A DNA stretch of 64,000 bases from Candidatus Moraniibacteriota bacterium (GCA_038208115.1 JBBQZC010000002.1:55233-119232); one strand, 5' to 3'; shown: positions 1 to 11,090, counted from the first letter of the stretch. Numbers and translations: made by a program. The notes: a model not told the origin generated them from the sequence alone.

Positions 1-228
1 CTTTGTTGTAATCACGGCCTGATCTGTGCCACGTACAAATCCTGCATATTCTTCTGAAGCAGAAAAATTTGTTGGTTTTGCGACAATCGCCTTTACACTC
101 TTTGAATGCACAGCTTCAATATTTGTCTCTGTAGCTCCCACAGATTTCAGAGATACTGCTATTCCCACACATCCGATGATCACAATTCCGATACTAACTA
201 TCCATGCATTTTGCTTGAGTATTTTCAT
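1..228 (-). CDS. RND efflux periplasmic adaptor subunit, N-terminal part (runs off the window)
   Basis: Not in ORF track. Manual translation MKILKQNAWIVSIGIVIIGCVGIAV...EEYAGFVRGTDQAVITTK: N-terminal TM, then a segment resembling YPAIITGDQQAVITA of the adaptor at 15542. Confidence 0.6.
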   Translation of the reverse strand, partial: MKILKQNAWIVSIGIVIIGCVGIAVSLKSVGATETNIEAVHSKSVKAIVAKPTNFSASEEYAGFVRGTDQAVITTK

Positions 229-257
229 ATTTTTATACGTATTAGAAATTTCATAAA

Positions 258-545
258 TTACTTATTTTGCGCCGTTTTCACAATCCGAATCACTTCATCA
301 CGCACTTGTTGCATTTTTTTCTTTTCGGCAACAGTCTTATTTTTCATATCATCAATATAAATATCCAAATGATTTTCCAACATCATCATGTTAGCAGATT
401 TAAGGAGTCCGATTACTGCAAGGTTCTGTTGCATAAGGTCAAAACATTTTTTTTGATCTGCGTGATCCATAGCTATCAGGATTTTACCTATACTCGTATA
501 TGCCTTTTTTAAAGCGATAGTGATTTTTTCTTTTTTGCGATCCAT
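258..545 (-). CDS. CsoR/RcnR-family metal-sensing transcriptional repressor
   Basis: 95 aa helical protein with CFDLMQQNLAVIGLLKSA...LENHL family pattern; upstream of an efflux adaptor. Confidence 0.75.
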   Translation of the reverse strand: MDRKKEKITIALKKAYTSIGKILIAMDHADQKKCFDLMQQNLAVIGLLKSANMMMLENHLDIYIDDMKNKTVAEKKKMQQVRDEVIRIVKTAQNK

Positions 546-572
546 AATAGTGATGTATGAAAAAAATTATAC

Positions 573-619
573 CTATACCACAGGTATAGATATAATACCA
601 TCGCATTTTTTTTTGTCAA
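573..619 (-). promoter_or_regulatory. sigma70 promoter with CsoR-type operator
   Basis: TTGACA (619-614), 16 bp, TGgTATTAT; perfect palindrome CTATACC-ACA-GGTATAG at 573-589 just downstream of the -10. Confidence 0.65.
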
Positions 620-631
620 ATCTTTTCAACT

Positions 632-669
632 AAAAAGCCACTGACATATCTCCTAATATATCAGTGGCT
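632..669 (-). terminator. Intrinsic terminator of the hybrid kinase gene
   Basis: AGCCACTGA...TCAGTGGCT stem followed by a T run on the minus strand. Confidence 0.65.
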
Positions 670-678
670 AACGTAATG

Positions 679-2769
679 CTATTGCATTATTTTTTTAATA
701 AGTGTGCTTAACGTTCTGATTTCGAACGGTTTTTGCAAAAAACCTGTAAAATCACTCGAAAGATCACCGGCATAAAATCCAGAAATTGCAAGAATTTTTG
801 CTTGCGAATTTTTTTTCTTGATTTCTGCAGCAAATTTGGCTCCGCTCATATCCCCTGGCATTGTCAAATCTGTAATAATAAGATCAAATGCTTCTCCTGA
901 AACAAGTGATTTATCATAGATCTTCAAAGCATCTTCTCCAGATGTGACTCCGACACATATGTGTCCCATCGCCTGAATCATAGTTTGAAACATCGAACAA
1001 TTCTCCGGCATATCATCCAACACAAGTATTCGCCAAACATGAGTGCTTAAACTCACTTCATGTTTTTGTTCAATAGCCACAGTCTGTTTTACATCAACTG
1101 CTGGCAGATATACATGAAATATGGATCCTTCGCCGACAACTGAATCAACACAAATGTACCCTGAATGATTAGTGATGATGGCATATGCAACAGATAACCC
1201 AAGTCCACTTCCTTCTCCGGTTTTACCCTTTGTCGTGAAATAGGGATCAAAGATTTGCGTCAGATGTTTTTTAGATATTCCTATCCCCACATCTTTCACA
1301 AAAAAATGAACGTATTTTCCTGAGCTGATTCCGTGTAGATTTTCTCTCTCAACAAATTCGTTCTTGCCACAAATTGATATGACTCCTCCACTTGGCATCG
1401 CATGACTAGCATTGATCACCAAATTTTGGATTACCTGACAGATTTGTTTATAATCCATCATTACAAGCCATAGATCATCAGGTAATATAATTTCGCAACG
1501 GCATTGTGAGTTTGCACCAAGGGCGAACTCCGCTGATTCTCTAATTGCCTTTTCCACAGACGAAATTTCTTTAACCGAAGTACCTCCTTTTGCAAATGTA
1601 AGTAATTGCTGCGTGAGTCCAGTAGCTCTTTCTGATGCAGCAATAATGTGATGTAAATATTGATCGATATCCACATCTTTCTTATTAAGAATAAGTGAAG
1701 CATACCCCAATATTGCACTGAGCATATTATTGAAATCATGCGCAATACCTCCTGCCATAACTCCAATAGAATTCATTCGCTCAATCTTTGATCGCTCTGC
1801 CTCGAGTTGTAATCGTTCATCAATTGGACGCGCAACTCCTAAAACTTTTTTTACACCCTTCTCTACAAACGGGACCGAATAGATTTCTACAGGAATATTT
1901 TTTTTTGGATCACTAATTGATCGCAAATTGTACACTTGCATCGACTGTGATTTTTGTGTATCAATCATTTGCCCAATGCGTTCTGTTGCAATTTGCAGAT
2001 CACCCGCATCAAGGATGTCACTCAAAAGCACGTTTTCTAACTGATCTTCTCTGACACCCATAACCTCAAGCGCATTGGGATTTGCATATGATATTTTGCC
2101 GTCAGGCTCGATCACATAGACGAAATCTCGAACAGCTGTCAACATTCCTTTCAGTTTATTCTCACTTTCGTGCAATGCAATTTCTGCATTTTTTCTTACG
2201 GTTACATCTTGCACAATTGAGTACATGGAAACAGACACGCCATTTTGATCACAAATTGGCACATTTACCCATTCACAAAAAATGATATGTCCATCTTTTG
2301 TGATATTTTTAAGTAAACCATGTTTTCCATTTTTTGTTGCCAACAAGTCGGCCCAAAAATCATCTATTTGTTCATGATAATTTAATGGTACAATCAATGT
2401 AGCATGTTTACCTATCAATTCTGATTCTGTAAATCCAAAGATTTTTTCTGCTTCAGGATTACATGATACAATATGAAAATCTTTGTCCCATACGATTACC
2501 CCCAAAGACACTTGTGACAAATATAACTCAAATTGTTCTGGATTAGAAAAGATCATCTTCTTTCTCAAAGAGTCAATAATCTCTTGATTATCCTTCCTCT
2601 CGCAATCACGTCGCGCGCACAATATCGAAATAAGTGCGCCAAGTGCTATTGAAAGCATAAAAAGAAAAACATTTGCAACTGTCTCCGAATAACATGTGTG
2701 TACATATATACTCACTGCGCCGACGCAAATAGCCATTGCCATTATCATAGACACTTTACCAATTTTCAT
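679..2769 (-). CDS. PAS-PAS hybrid sensor histidine kinase/response regulator (CckA-like)
   Basis: 2 TM, two PAS domains, H-box GGIAHDFNN, N-box QNLVINA, FDPYFTTK, GSGLGL, C-terminal receiver (VLDD, TDLTMP, QKPF). Confidence 0.92.
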   Translation of the reverse strand: MKIGKVSMIMAMAICVGAVSIYVHTCYSETVANVFLFMLSIALGALISILCARRDCERKDNQEIIDSLRKKMIFSNPEQFELYLSQVSLGVIVWDKDFHIVSCNPEAEKIFGFTESELIGKHATLIVPLNYHEQIDDFWADLLATKNGKHGLLKNITKDGHIIFCEWVNVPICDQNGVSVSMYSIVQDVTVRKNAEIALHESENKLKGMLTAVRDFVYVIEPDGKISYANPNALEVMGVREDQLENVLLSDILDAGDLQIATERIGQMIDTQKSQSMQVYNLRSISDPKKNIPVEIYSVPFVEKGVKKVLGVARPIDERLQLEAERSKIERMNSIGVMAGGIAHDFNNMLSAILGYASLILNKKDVDIDQYLHHIIAASERATGLTQQLLTFAKGGTSVKEISSVEKAIRESAEFALGANSQCRCEIILPDDLWLVMMDYKQICQVIQNLVINASHAMPSGGVISICGKNEFVERENLHGISSGKYVHFFVKDVGIGISKKHLTQIFDPYFTTKGKTGEGSGLGLSVAYAIITNHSGYICVDSVVGEGSIFHVYLPAVDVKQTVAIEQKHEVSLSTHVWRILVLDDMPENCSMFQTMIQAMGHICVGVTSGEDALKIYDKSLVSGEAFDLIITDLTMPGDMSGAKFAAEIKKKNSQAKILAISGFYAGDLSSDFTGFLQKPFEIRTLSTLIKKIMQ

Positions 2770-2773
2770 ACAT

Positions 2774-2883
2774 CCTCCTCTATCTTGTTTTGGGAGATTT
2801 TTCTCCGTAGTTATATGTAAATGAACATGAATAGCAAACTTTTGCTAACTACAAACTGTACTGTATTTTAATCAAATTGTCAA
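2774..2883 (-). promoter_or_regulatory. Promoter, boxA-like motif and SD leader
   Basis: TTGACA-17-TACAGT; hairpin TAGCAAA-AG-TTTGCTA; TGTTCATTTACA (2827-2816); SD GAGGAGG. Confidence 0.6.
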
Positions 2884-3240
2884 CTCAAAAAGAGCTGGAT
2901 TCAAGAATCCAACGCAATCACTGATGTGTCACACAATAGATCATGTAAATCATTTCTATGTTTTTTACACAAATATTATAAATATCCTTAAAAAATGTAA
3001 TATTCTCTCATTTGCGAGAAATAATGACCTAATCATAAACATAATCAGATTTAGTTGTAACTGATATTTTATGTGCAAACCATACACTAGATGTGATATC
3101 CTCAACAAATAATGACAATTCCACATCTTCACAAGCTGTCATAAAGATGTGATTCTCCTTCCATAAAGGGAACACCTTCGTTACTGTGATAAAACCTTTT
3201 CTGGAAATGTAAATAACAACAAAAATATTTCTACCCAATA

Positions 3241-4332
3241 CTATATATCTCGCAATTGTTCGATAAGTTTTTTCTCTTCACGTGATAATTTAGTCGGCAC
3301 ATCTACGATCACTACCACAAGATGATCTCCATGTCCTATGCCACGCAATTTCGGCACGCCCTTTCCACGGATGCGATAAATCTCGCCAGATTGTGTGCCT
3401 GCTGGAATTTTCATCTTTACATCTCCTTCTACGGTTTCAATCACAATTTTATCGCCTAATACTGCTTGTGCAAATGAAATATGTTTTTCTGTACGGATGT
3501 CATTACCATCGCGCATAAATCGATTGTCTGGTATCACATGCACTGACACAATCAAATCTCCTGCCATTGTGCCACCCTCACCCACTTCTCCGCGACCTGA
3601 CATAGCAACAGCTTGTCCATCATGAATGCCAGCAGGTATTTCCACTGTTTCTCGGACTTCTTCTCGATATTGTCCGACTCCTTTGCATTTTGTGCATTTT
3701 TGATCAAATGTCTTACCTTTTCCGTTACACGTATCACACACTACCGTTTGTGCAATTGTGCCAAGGATTGTTTGCATACGTTTTTGAACATGCCCACTAC
3801 CTTTACATGTGCTACATGTATTTTCTTTGGATTCAGGCTCACCTCCTGCACCTTCACACCTGCTACAACGCACTGATTTATATAGAGAAATTTCTTTTTT
3901 TACACCACGAATCATTTCTGCAAAACTGATTTCAATATCAACTTGCAAATCACGTCCTCGTCGACTGCGACGATTTCCTCCACCGCCAAACATCTCAGAA
4001 AAAATATCCCCCATACCATCTCCGCCAAAATTAAATTCGAAACCCTGCCCACCAGAATCTTGCTGATATTGCGAAAAATCAAAACCACCAAATCCGCCAG
4101 ATCCTGCACCACCGCCAGAACCATTAAAAGTTTGTCCGAATTGGTCATATTGTGCGCGTTTTTCTTTGTTTGATAGTACCTGATATGCTTCGTTCACTTC
4201 TTTGAATTGTGCTTCATTGCCACCATCTTTGTCTGGATGGTGTTTATGTGCCATTTTGCGATATGCTTTTTTGATTTCATCTGCAGATGCACCACGCGCA
4301 ACACCGAGAATATCATAATAATCTTTTGCCAT
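3241..4332 (-). CDS. dnaJ: Chaperone DnaJ
   Basis: J domain with HPD, G/F-rich region, four CxxCxGxG repeats, C-terminal domain. Confidence 0.97.
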   Translation of the reverse strand: MAKDYYDILGVARGASADEIKKAYRKMAHKHHPDKDGGNEAQFKEVNEAYQVLSNKEKRAQYDQFGQTFNGSGGGAGSGGFGGFDFSQYQQDSGGQGFEFNFGGDGMGDIFSEMFGGGGNRRSRRGRDLQVDIEISFAEMIRGVKKEISLYKSVRCSRCEGAGGEPESKENTCSTCKGSGHVQKRMQTILGTIAQTVVCDTCNGKGKTFDQKCTKCKGVGQYREEVRETVEIPAGIHDGQAVAMSGRGEVGEGGTMAGDLIVSVHVIPDNRFMRDGNDIRTEKHISFAQAVLGDKIVIETVEGDVKMKIPAGTQSGEIYRIRGKGVPKLRGIGHGDHLVVVIVDVPTKLSREEKKLIEQLRDI

Positions 4333-4446
4333 AATATTTTAGTATATGAGTAAGTAGTATATTAGTACACTAATGATAAAATATTCGGTATAAATCATCA
4401 GTGCAAAATTCAATTTCAACTATCATCATATCATGCAAAATAAAAA

Positions 4447-4473
4447 TTAGCAATCTCTATAAGAGAGTGCTAA
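4447..4473 (-). promoter_or_regulatory. CIRCE element (HrcA operator)
   Basis: TTAGCAATC-N9-GAGTGCTAA, one mismatch to TTAGCACTC-N9-GAGTGCTAA, upstream of dnaJ. Confidence 0.9.
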
Positions 4474-4532
4474 TTTTGTCTTCTAAATACAGTCTACAGT
4501 ACATTATCACTTTCTGGAGTGTTTTCATCGTC

Positions 4533-7500
4533 TTACAATGGGTTTTCTTGAGAAATTTCTGGATTTAAATCATTTGGCGCATCACCAGTAGTAATCCCTG
4601 ATTCCGCGTCTCGTTCTATATCATCTTCCACGATGAGCCAGTCGAACTTAATTGGCTTCTCTGTCGGTTCAGCAACTGTCACGTGAAATCCGCTATTGTC
4701 ATCAATGCGTGTAATTGACAATGTCTGTGTCACCACCCCACCCTTCGGTGTGATAAAAATACGACTATTTTGAACTGCGACATTTGTCGGTACGAATACA
4801 TCATATGCATCCTTAACGATTTCTGCCTCACCAATTGTAGCACCTTTTTCTTCCCCTGTGATTACAAGCGCATTCGTTTCGATACGAGTCACAACCATTA
4901 TGCCCCCAATTGTTACATTTTGCTTTGCGTCCACATAAACAATTTTTTCTGGATTGATTGAAAGTAGATCTGTAAAGTGAGCATAATCATTTTCTGTAAA
5001 ATTTAATAGCGTATTCAATACGGAGAGACCCGCCTGTGCATCAGCAAGTGAATTTTGCACTTCACCTATCGTGTCAGCTTGAAAATTTGCATCAGCCTGC
5101 AACACAAGAATATCATCTCTCAGCGTATCATCGCCATTTCGAGTTGAACGTAGCAATTCTGAAGTCTCCAAGAATTGTTCATCAGTCATTTTTTGGAGAT
5201 CCGCGAGTGATGTTGCAGTTGCTTTTGTTGTGAGATTTTTTGTGTTTGTGGTAATCTGGGTGTTTTGCTCTTTGATCGCTCCGGCAAGGAGAGCTGTAAT
5301 GTTACCATATGCAATACCGTAGCCATCTTGCTCATTACCTACGACGACCTCGGGGATGATATTTTTTACATCTTGTGCGATAAAACCGATTTGTCTGTCA
5401 CTATTAGGATTTGTTTTCCAGTTGAAATAGACATTGTCTAGCTGAAGGACTTTATGAAGTGGATCATCAATCGGCTCAATATTTGTTTTGAGTCGTGCGT
5501 CTGATGCATGGACCCAGCCTGTTGTAGTGTACGTGCCTGTTGTTGTACCGTTGTTAACGGTGAGAAGTTGAGTTGGAGATGAAGTCCCAATACCGATGTT
5601 TCCTGTACTTGCTTGCGCATAGAGCATGGATTTGGATTGATTCATCAAAACAGATACTGTGTGATCATAATTATTTGCCACAACAATATCTGAAATATTA
5701 TCATTATTAAAATCCGCTAAAGCAATTCCAAAAGCTCCAGATCCAGCGGAATATGTAACAAGAGATGCAAATGTTCCATTGCCATTATTAATCAAAACGG
5801 AAAGTGATGAATTCCACCATTCATCTAAAACAACATCATTCTTACCATCACCATTAATATCATCTATTGCGACAGAGCGAGGAGAATTTGCTGGATAATC
5901 CACTTTAGGTGCAAATGTTCCATTGCCATTATTAATCAAAACGGAAATAGTACTACTACCATAATTAGCTACTACTAAATCATCTTGACCATCATTATCC
6001 ACATCTCCAATAGTTACAGAATCGGGTTGATTGCCTGTAGAATAATCCACTTTAGGTGCAAATGTACCATTTCCATTGTTAAAAAAGACAGACACTGAGC
6101 TTGAAGATGTATTTGCTACTGCCAAATCAGCTTTGCCGTCGCCATTGAGATTACCAGTTGATACTGAAAATGGTACTGCTGAAGTTGGGTAGTCCACTTT
6201 AGGTGCAAATGTACCATTTCCATTGTTAAATAAGACAGACACTGAATTAGCATTTGCGTTTGCTACTGCCAAATCAGTACTTCCGTCACCATTAAAATCA
6301 ACTGCTACTACACCATTTGGAGACGTACCAGTTGGGTAATTTACTTTTGGAGCAAACGTACCATTACCGCTGTTGATTAAAACAGAAATATAGTTAATAT
6401 AACTACCATTTGCTACAGCAAGATCTGCTTTACCATCACCATTAAAGTCGCTCAAAACAATATTATTTCCAGATTGAGCACCAAATGACGGGTAATCAGT
6501 TTTTGATGAAAATGTGCCGTTACCATTGTTGAGCAGTATGGAAACATTGGAGCTAGCACCAACAGCCAAATCAATATTACCATCGCCATTTACATCGCCA
6601 GTAGCAATAGAATGAGGGTAAGGTGCTGTACTATAATTCACTTTTGCTACAAAAGTTCCACCTCTCGCCAAGCTCATTTCTCCACCTTGTATAGAACCAA
6701 TATTTGTAAGATTACCAGTATTTGTAATTCTTAGGGCATTACTGCTTTCACTCCCCGTTCCAATTCCTCCTGAAAAATTTGTATATCCATCAAATCCATA
6801 ATGTGCACTTAATATGCTTGATGCATTACCAGAAAAAATCAGATTGCTCGTACTAATACCCCCAAATCCTGCCACTCCGATGACATCTAGATTAAAAGTA
6901 GGAGAAGTCGTACCAATACCGATATTCCCTGTACTCTTATCCAAATATAAATTATTTGTGAAAAAAGCGATGTCACCGTTTGTAGTGGAGTCCGTATTGA
7001 AATTCAAAATATTGGCAGTGGTATTGTAACTGAATAATCCCTCGTCAGTACCAGAGGTGCCGATATGAACAGTATCTCCTCCGAGATAGAGATCTCTAAA
7101 TCGCGAAGTATCAGAGCCGAGATCATATGTATCATTGGTGCTAGGGAGGATGTTACCTGCAATCGTAAGACTGTCTGAAAAAGTGAATCCTGCTCCTGCG
7201 CCTACTGCATCAAAATTTACTCCACCGGTGGAACCAACGGTAGTTGAGAAATAGTTAGATGTGTCGTAACCAACTCTGAATTGTTCAGTAGTGCCAATAG
7301 TGTGAAGTTTTGCGGATGGTGAAGTAGTTCCTATGCCGATGTTTCCTGTATTTTTTACCGTCAAAAGATTCCCTGTGACCGGATGACTCATAGCGAGTGC
7401 ATTGCCTGGAGCATCGTCATAAATTCTATACGTATATCCAGAAGAGTTATTGTATCCAAAATTTGCATCTTTATTCAACCAATTATATGATGTTCCGTTT

Positions 7501-8999
7501 ATCATATTAACAATTGTTACACCTGTTGCGCTTGGTGTAAGTACTTTTTGCATATCAAATGTCGCTGAAAAATCTGCTGTATCTGCCATATTAGAAACCA
7601 TTAATTTGACGCTTGCTCCAGAAGAAAGATAGTATATAGTATTTAATCCATTACTAAGATTATAGTAATATTGATGAGAAGATTCTGTAATTGTAAAGAA
7701 AGGAATTACGCCAGATGTCCGAGACATATTTATCGTCAATTTATATAGTTGTCCAGGTAATACTGCTGCAGCATTACTTTGTGCAGAAGGAGCTAAACCA
7801 GCTGAACCTTCATACGCTCGTGTAATATTTGAACCTGAAGATGTAAAAATTGAATAATCTGTAATTGGCGGAATGCCATTTGTCCATGAAGTGATTATAT
7901 TCGTACCACTCAGTGTTTCTCCAGATCCTGCATCTTTAATATAACCTTCAATAATATCTCCCTCACCATCTGCAATCACAACCCTATTTCCCTTATAAGG
8001 AAGCAACGCCCCAGCAGATGAAAAATCAACAAATGCCGTGTTTGAAATTGATGACATCCGCATATTTGATAGTGTCACTGTTCCACTAGTCACAAGTGTT
8101 GAATTAGACTTTCCAGCAACTGTGAGCGTGGCAGAAGGCGCATTAGTACCAATGCCAAATCTATCATTTGTATCATCCCAAAAGAAATTTGCATTATCCT
8201 GATTATATATACCACTAGCACCTGCAAAGACGATTGATCCTGGTGTAAATTGTGTAGATGTGCCTGTGCCACCCAATGCAACACTTAGATTTGAATTCAC
8301 TGACCATGTACCGCTACTGAGAGTTGGCACACCACTTGCACTTGATGTATTAATGCCTGTACCACCGTATGTTGAGCTAATTGCTGTACCTCGCCATGAT
8401 CCTGCAGTTACTTGACCGGATGGATTGATTTGCAATGCACCACTTCCTACAGAGAAATTACCATTCACTGTAAGTGCTCCAGCCTTTATTTGACCTGTGC
8501 CTGATGTGTCAATATAGTTATCTGCAGTCAGCCCGTTGAGCCGATTCGCATTAAGCGCAAAACCTGCTGGAGTAATTTTTCTCCGTGGAGTCATCGGAGA
8601 ATTAGATCCGATTTGTACTTCCAAATAATAATTAGTACCAAACGTAACATTGAGCGGAGCATCACCTGATTCTCCCAATGCGGTGGTGAAAACACCATTT
8701 GTAACTGTCACTGATTTGGACGATGGTGTGCCACACGTGCCACGTGCACTCCACACACAATTGCCACCATTCTGCGCGTCGTGAATAGTGAGTGTAAAAT
8801 TGTATATACCATTTGGAACAGCTAGACCGAGATTATCTGTAAGCTTGCCGTGATAAGTGAGTTCGAGATCAGGAGCGGCAAAGACAGTTGGGAGAAGTAA
8901 ATTTATAAACTGAAAAATAAAAAAAGTGAATACAAAAAAGCTTCCTACTAATAAGCGGTGCTTGCGAAAATATTTTATATTTTTTTTGGAAAAAGCCAT
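4533..8999 (-). CDS. Giant secreted fiber/adhesin with FG-GAP (VCBS) repeats and a peptidase S74 intramolecular chaperone domain
   Basis: Signal/TM, GIGTTSP repeats, about 7 DxNGDGxxDL repeats, S74 motif SDARLKTNI...IGFIAQDV...YGNITALLAGAIKEQ, coiled coil. Confidence 0.8.
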   Translation of the reverse strand: MAFSKKNIKYFRKHRLLVGSFFVFTFFIFQFINLLLPTVFAAPDLELTYHGKLTDNLGLAVPNGIYNFTLTIHDAQNGGNCVWSARGTCGTPSSKSVTVTNGVFTTALGESGDAPLNVTFGTNYYLEVQIGSNSPMTPRRKITPAGFALNANRLNGLTADNYIDTSGTGQIKAGALTVNGNFSVGSGALQINPSGQVTAGSWRGTAISSTYGGTGINTSSASGVPTLSSGTWSVNSNLSVALGGTGTSTQFTPGSIVFAGASGIYNQDNANFFWDDTNDRFGIGTNAPSATLTVAGKSNSTLVTSGTVTLSNMRMSSISNTAFVDFSSAGALLPYKGNRVVIADGEGDIIEGYIKDAGSGETLSGTNIITSWTNGIPPITDYSIFTSSGSNITRAYEGSAGLAPSAQSNAAAVLPGQLYKLTINMSRTSGVIPFFTITESSHQYYYNLSNGLNTIYYLSSGASVKLMVSNMADTADFSATFDMQKVLTPSATGVTIVNMINGTSYNWLNKDANFGYNNSSGYTYRIYDDAPGNALAMSHPVTGNLLTVKNTGNIGIGTTSPSAKLHTIGTTEQFRVGYDTSNYFSTTVGSTGGVNFDAVGAGAGFTFSDSLTIAGNILPSTNDTYDLGSDTSRFRDLYLGGDTVHIGTSGTDEGLFSYNTTANILNFNTDSTTNGDIAFFTNNLYLDKSTGNIGIGTTSPTFNLDVIGVAGFGGISTSNLIFSGNASSILSAHYGFDGYTNFSGGIGTGSESSNALRITNTGNLTNIGSIQGGEMSLARGGTFVAKVNYSTAPYPHSIATGDVNGDGNIDLAVGASSNVSILLNNGNGTFSSKTDYPSFGAQSGNNIVLSDFNGDGKADLAVANGSYINYISVLINSGNGTFAPKVNYPTGTSPNGVVAVDFNGDGSTDLAVANANANSVSVLFNNGNGTFAPKVDYPTSAVPFSVSTGNLNGDGKADLAVANTSSSSVSVFFNNGNGTFAPKVDYSTGNQPDSVTIGDVDNDGQDDLVVANYGSSTISVLINNGNGTFAPKVDYPANSPRSVAIDDINGDGKNDVVLDEWWNSSLSVLINNGNGTFASLVTYSAGSGAFGIALADFNNDNISDIVVANNYDHTVSVLMNQSKSMLYAQASTGNIGIGTSSPTQLLTVNNGTTTGTYTTTGWVHASDARLKTNIEPIDDPLHKVLQLDNVYFNWKTNPNSDRQIGFIAQDVKNIIPEVVVGNEQDGYGIAYGNITALLAGAIKEQNTQITTNTKNLTTKATATSLADLQKMTDEQFLETSELLRSTRNGDDTLRDDILVLQADANFQADTIGEVQNSLADAQAGLSVLNTLLNFTENDYAHFTDLLSINPEKIVYVDAKQNVTIGGIMVVTRIETNALVITGEEKGATIGEAEIVKDAYDVFVPTNVAVQNSRIFITPKGGVVTQTLSITRIDDNSGFHVTVAEPTEKPIKFDWLIVEDDIERDAESGITTGDAPNDLNPEISQENPL
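5640..6660 (-). repeat. FG-GAP tandem repeats, partly near-identical at DNA level
   Basis: Recurring ccactttaggtgcaaatgt(a/t)ccatt blocks near 5900, 6046 and 6194; protein NNGNGTFAPKVDY repeats about 49 aa apart. Confidence 0.8.
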
Positions 9000-9052
9000 T
9001 GAAATATTTTATTTTTCTTATGAATTTATTATATCACATTTTTATTAATAAC

Positions 9053-9088
9053 AAAAAACCTCAATTAACATACTTTCATTAATTGAGG
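9053..9088 (-). terminator. typA terminator
   Basis: CCTCAATTAA...TTAATTGAGG stem plus T6 on the minus strand. Confidence 0.7.
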
Positions 9089-9109
9089 ATTTAAGAGATA
9101 ACATCGTTT

Positions 9110-10897
9110 TTATTCTCCCTGTCGTTTTGCTCTGATACGATCGTTTTCTGTAAGAAATTTTTTACGAAGTCGCACACTTTGTGGTGTGATTTCGAGATAT
9201 TCGTCTCCTGCCATGACTTCCATACCTTTTTCAATTGTGATGACAATTGGTGGTGTGAGATTGATAGCGTCATCCGTACCACTCGCACGCATATTCGTCA
9301 GTTGCTTTCCCTTGATCGGATTGACTGTCATCTCATCACCTTTTGCAGTATTACCGATCACTTGTCCTTGATATACATCAGTACTTGCCCCCACATAGAG
9401 AGCGCCACGCTGTTGTAAGTTTGCAAGTGAAAATCCAAGTGCTTTTCCTGTTTCACCTGATATCATCGATCCCACAGCTCGTTTTCTGATGTCGCCCACA
9501 TACGGTCGAAATTCCAGAAATCGACTTGATATGATACCCTCTCCTTTTGTGTCCACGATAAATTCATTACGATATCCCAGCAAGCCACGTGTCGGCACAT
9601 CAAAAAGCATACGCACACCATCGTGACCATGTTTCATATCTGTCATTGTGCCTTTTCTTTTTCCGAGTTTTTCGATTACTGCTCCAGAATATTGTTCTGG
9701 CACTGTTACTGTCACTTCTTCAAACGGTTCTTGCTTTACACCATCCACATGTTTGATGATTACCCGCGGTTGTGACACAGCTACTTCAAAACCTTCTCTA
9801 CGCATATTCTCTAAAAATACCGCAACATGTAATTCACCGCGACCTGACACTGTAAAATTTTCTCCAGAAAAATCGACTTTGAGTCCAACATTCACTTCAA
9901 GTTCTTTTTTGAGACGTTCACGTATTTGTTCTCGTGTTACAAATTGCCCTTCTTTTCCTGCAAAAGGCGAGTCATTGACCAAAAATTCAAGAGAGATAGT
10001 TGGCTCATCCACAGTAATTGCTGGAAGCACTTCTGCGTCTTCGTTCATACAAATCGTTTCTCCAATATCAATATTTTCGATGCCCGCAATCAGCACGATA
10101 TCCCCAGCAGATGCCTGATCTACCACTTTTTTATTAATTCCTTCAAACGTAAACAGCTTAATGATCTTTGCGCGACGTGCGTCACTTGATTGAGATTTTA
10201 CAAAAACCGGACCAATTTTAATTGTCCCCTCATATACACGAGCAACAGCCATGCGACCCAAGAAATCATCATATGCAAGTGAAAAAGATTGAAGACGAAA
10301 AGGCGCTTCTGTGTCATTTTTTGCTGGCTCTACATGTTGTAAAATTGCATCTAACAGCGGTGACATATCCTTACTATCATCAGTTGGGGAAACCATTGCC
10401 CGACCTTCACGTGCAATTGCATATACCGTTTTGAAATCCAATTGCTCATCATTTGCACCCAAATCCAAAAATAACTCATAGATTTCTTCTTCTACTTCTC
10501 CAAGACGCGCAGCTGGTTTATCAATTTTATTGATCACTACAAGTGGCTTGTGACCGATTTCAAGTGATTTTTTAAGTACAAATCGTGTCTGCGGCATCGG
10601 ACCTTCCTGCGCATCCACTACCAATACGACAGAATCGATTGATCGCAAAACACGTTCAACCTCGGAACCAAAATCAGCATGACCTGGCGTATCTACGATA
10701 TTGATTTTTGTATCCTTATACACCACTGATGTATTTTTTGCATAGATTGTGATCCCTCTTTCTTTTTCAATTGAATCACTGTCCATACTTCCGTCAGAAG
10801 ATGCTCCTGTTTGTTTCATAATCGCATCAGTAATCGTCGTTTTACCGTGATCAACGTGAGCAATTATGGCAATATTTCGTATTTCCATAAGTTCCAT
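9110..10897 (-). CDS. typA: Translational GTPase TypA/BipA
   Basis: [33 protein letters not shown], BipA C-terminus [10 protein letters not shown]. Confidence 0.97.
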   Translation of the reverse strand: MELMEIRNIAIIAHVDHGKTTITDAIMKQTGASSDGSMDSDSIEKERGITIYAKNTSVVYKDTKINIVDTPGHADFGSEVERVLRSIDSVVLVVDAQEGPMPQTRFVLKKSLEIGHKPLVVINKIDKPAARLGEVEEEIYELFLDLGANDEQLDFKTVYAIAREGRAMVSPTDDSKDMSPLLDAILQHVEPAKNDTEAPFRLQSFSLAYDDFLGRMAVARVYEGTIKIGPVFVKSQSSDARRAKIIKLFTFEGINKKVVDQASAGDIVLIAGIENIDIGETICMNEDAEVLPAITVDEPTISLEFLVNDSPFAGKEGQFVTREQIRERLKKELEVNVGLKVDFSGENFTVSGRGELHVAVFLENMRREGFEVAVSQPRVIIKHVDGVKQEPFEEVTVTVPEQYSGAVIEKLGKRKGTMTDMKHGHDGVRMLFDVPTRGLLGYRNEFIVDTKGEGIISSRFLEFRPYVGDIRKRAVGSMISGETGKALGFSLANLQQRGALYVGASTDVYQGQVIGNTAKGDEMTVNPIKGKQLTNMRASGTDDAINLTPPIVITIEKGMEVMAGDEYLEITPQSVRLRKKFLTENDRIRAKRQGE

Positions 10898-11002
10898 TCA
10901 AAAAGTATTTATTATATCCGCAAATGGTCTCAAACCCAAAAAGCCAGCTCAAAACTGGTCCGTGTCTAGCGGAAAAACAGCGCAAAAGCGAACTGTCTAT
11001 GC

Positions 11003-11031
11003 ATCATACTGAAAAAAAACCATTCCGTCAA
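11003..11031 (-). promoter_or_regulatory. typA sigma70 promoter
   Basis: TTGACG-17-TATGAT. Confidence 0.65.
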
Positions 11032-11090
11032 TATCATATATCATAAAGCTCCCTTACTTAGGGCGCTTTATGGCTCAAAATCATTCATTT

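Noticed and set aside
2900-3238. 69-aa ORF and possible read-through after dnaJ
   Set aside because: No recognisable motif; possibly a decayed gene but not supportable
4533-8999. Prophage tail gene or DGR target
   Set aside because: No phage structural genes, integrase or reverse transcriptase in the window; the repeats are ordinary FG-GAP coding repeats
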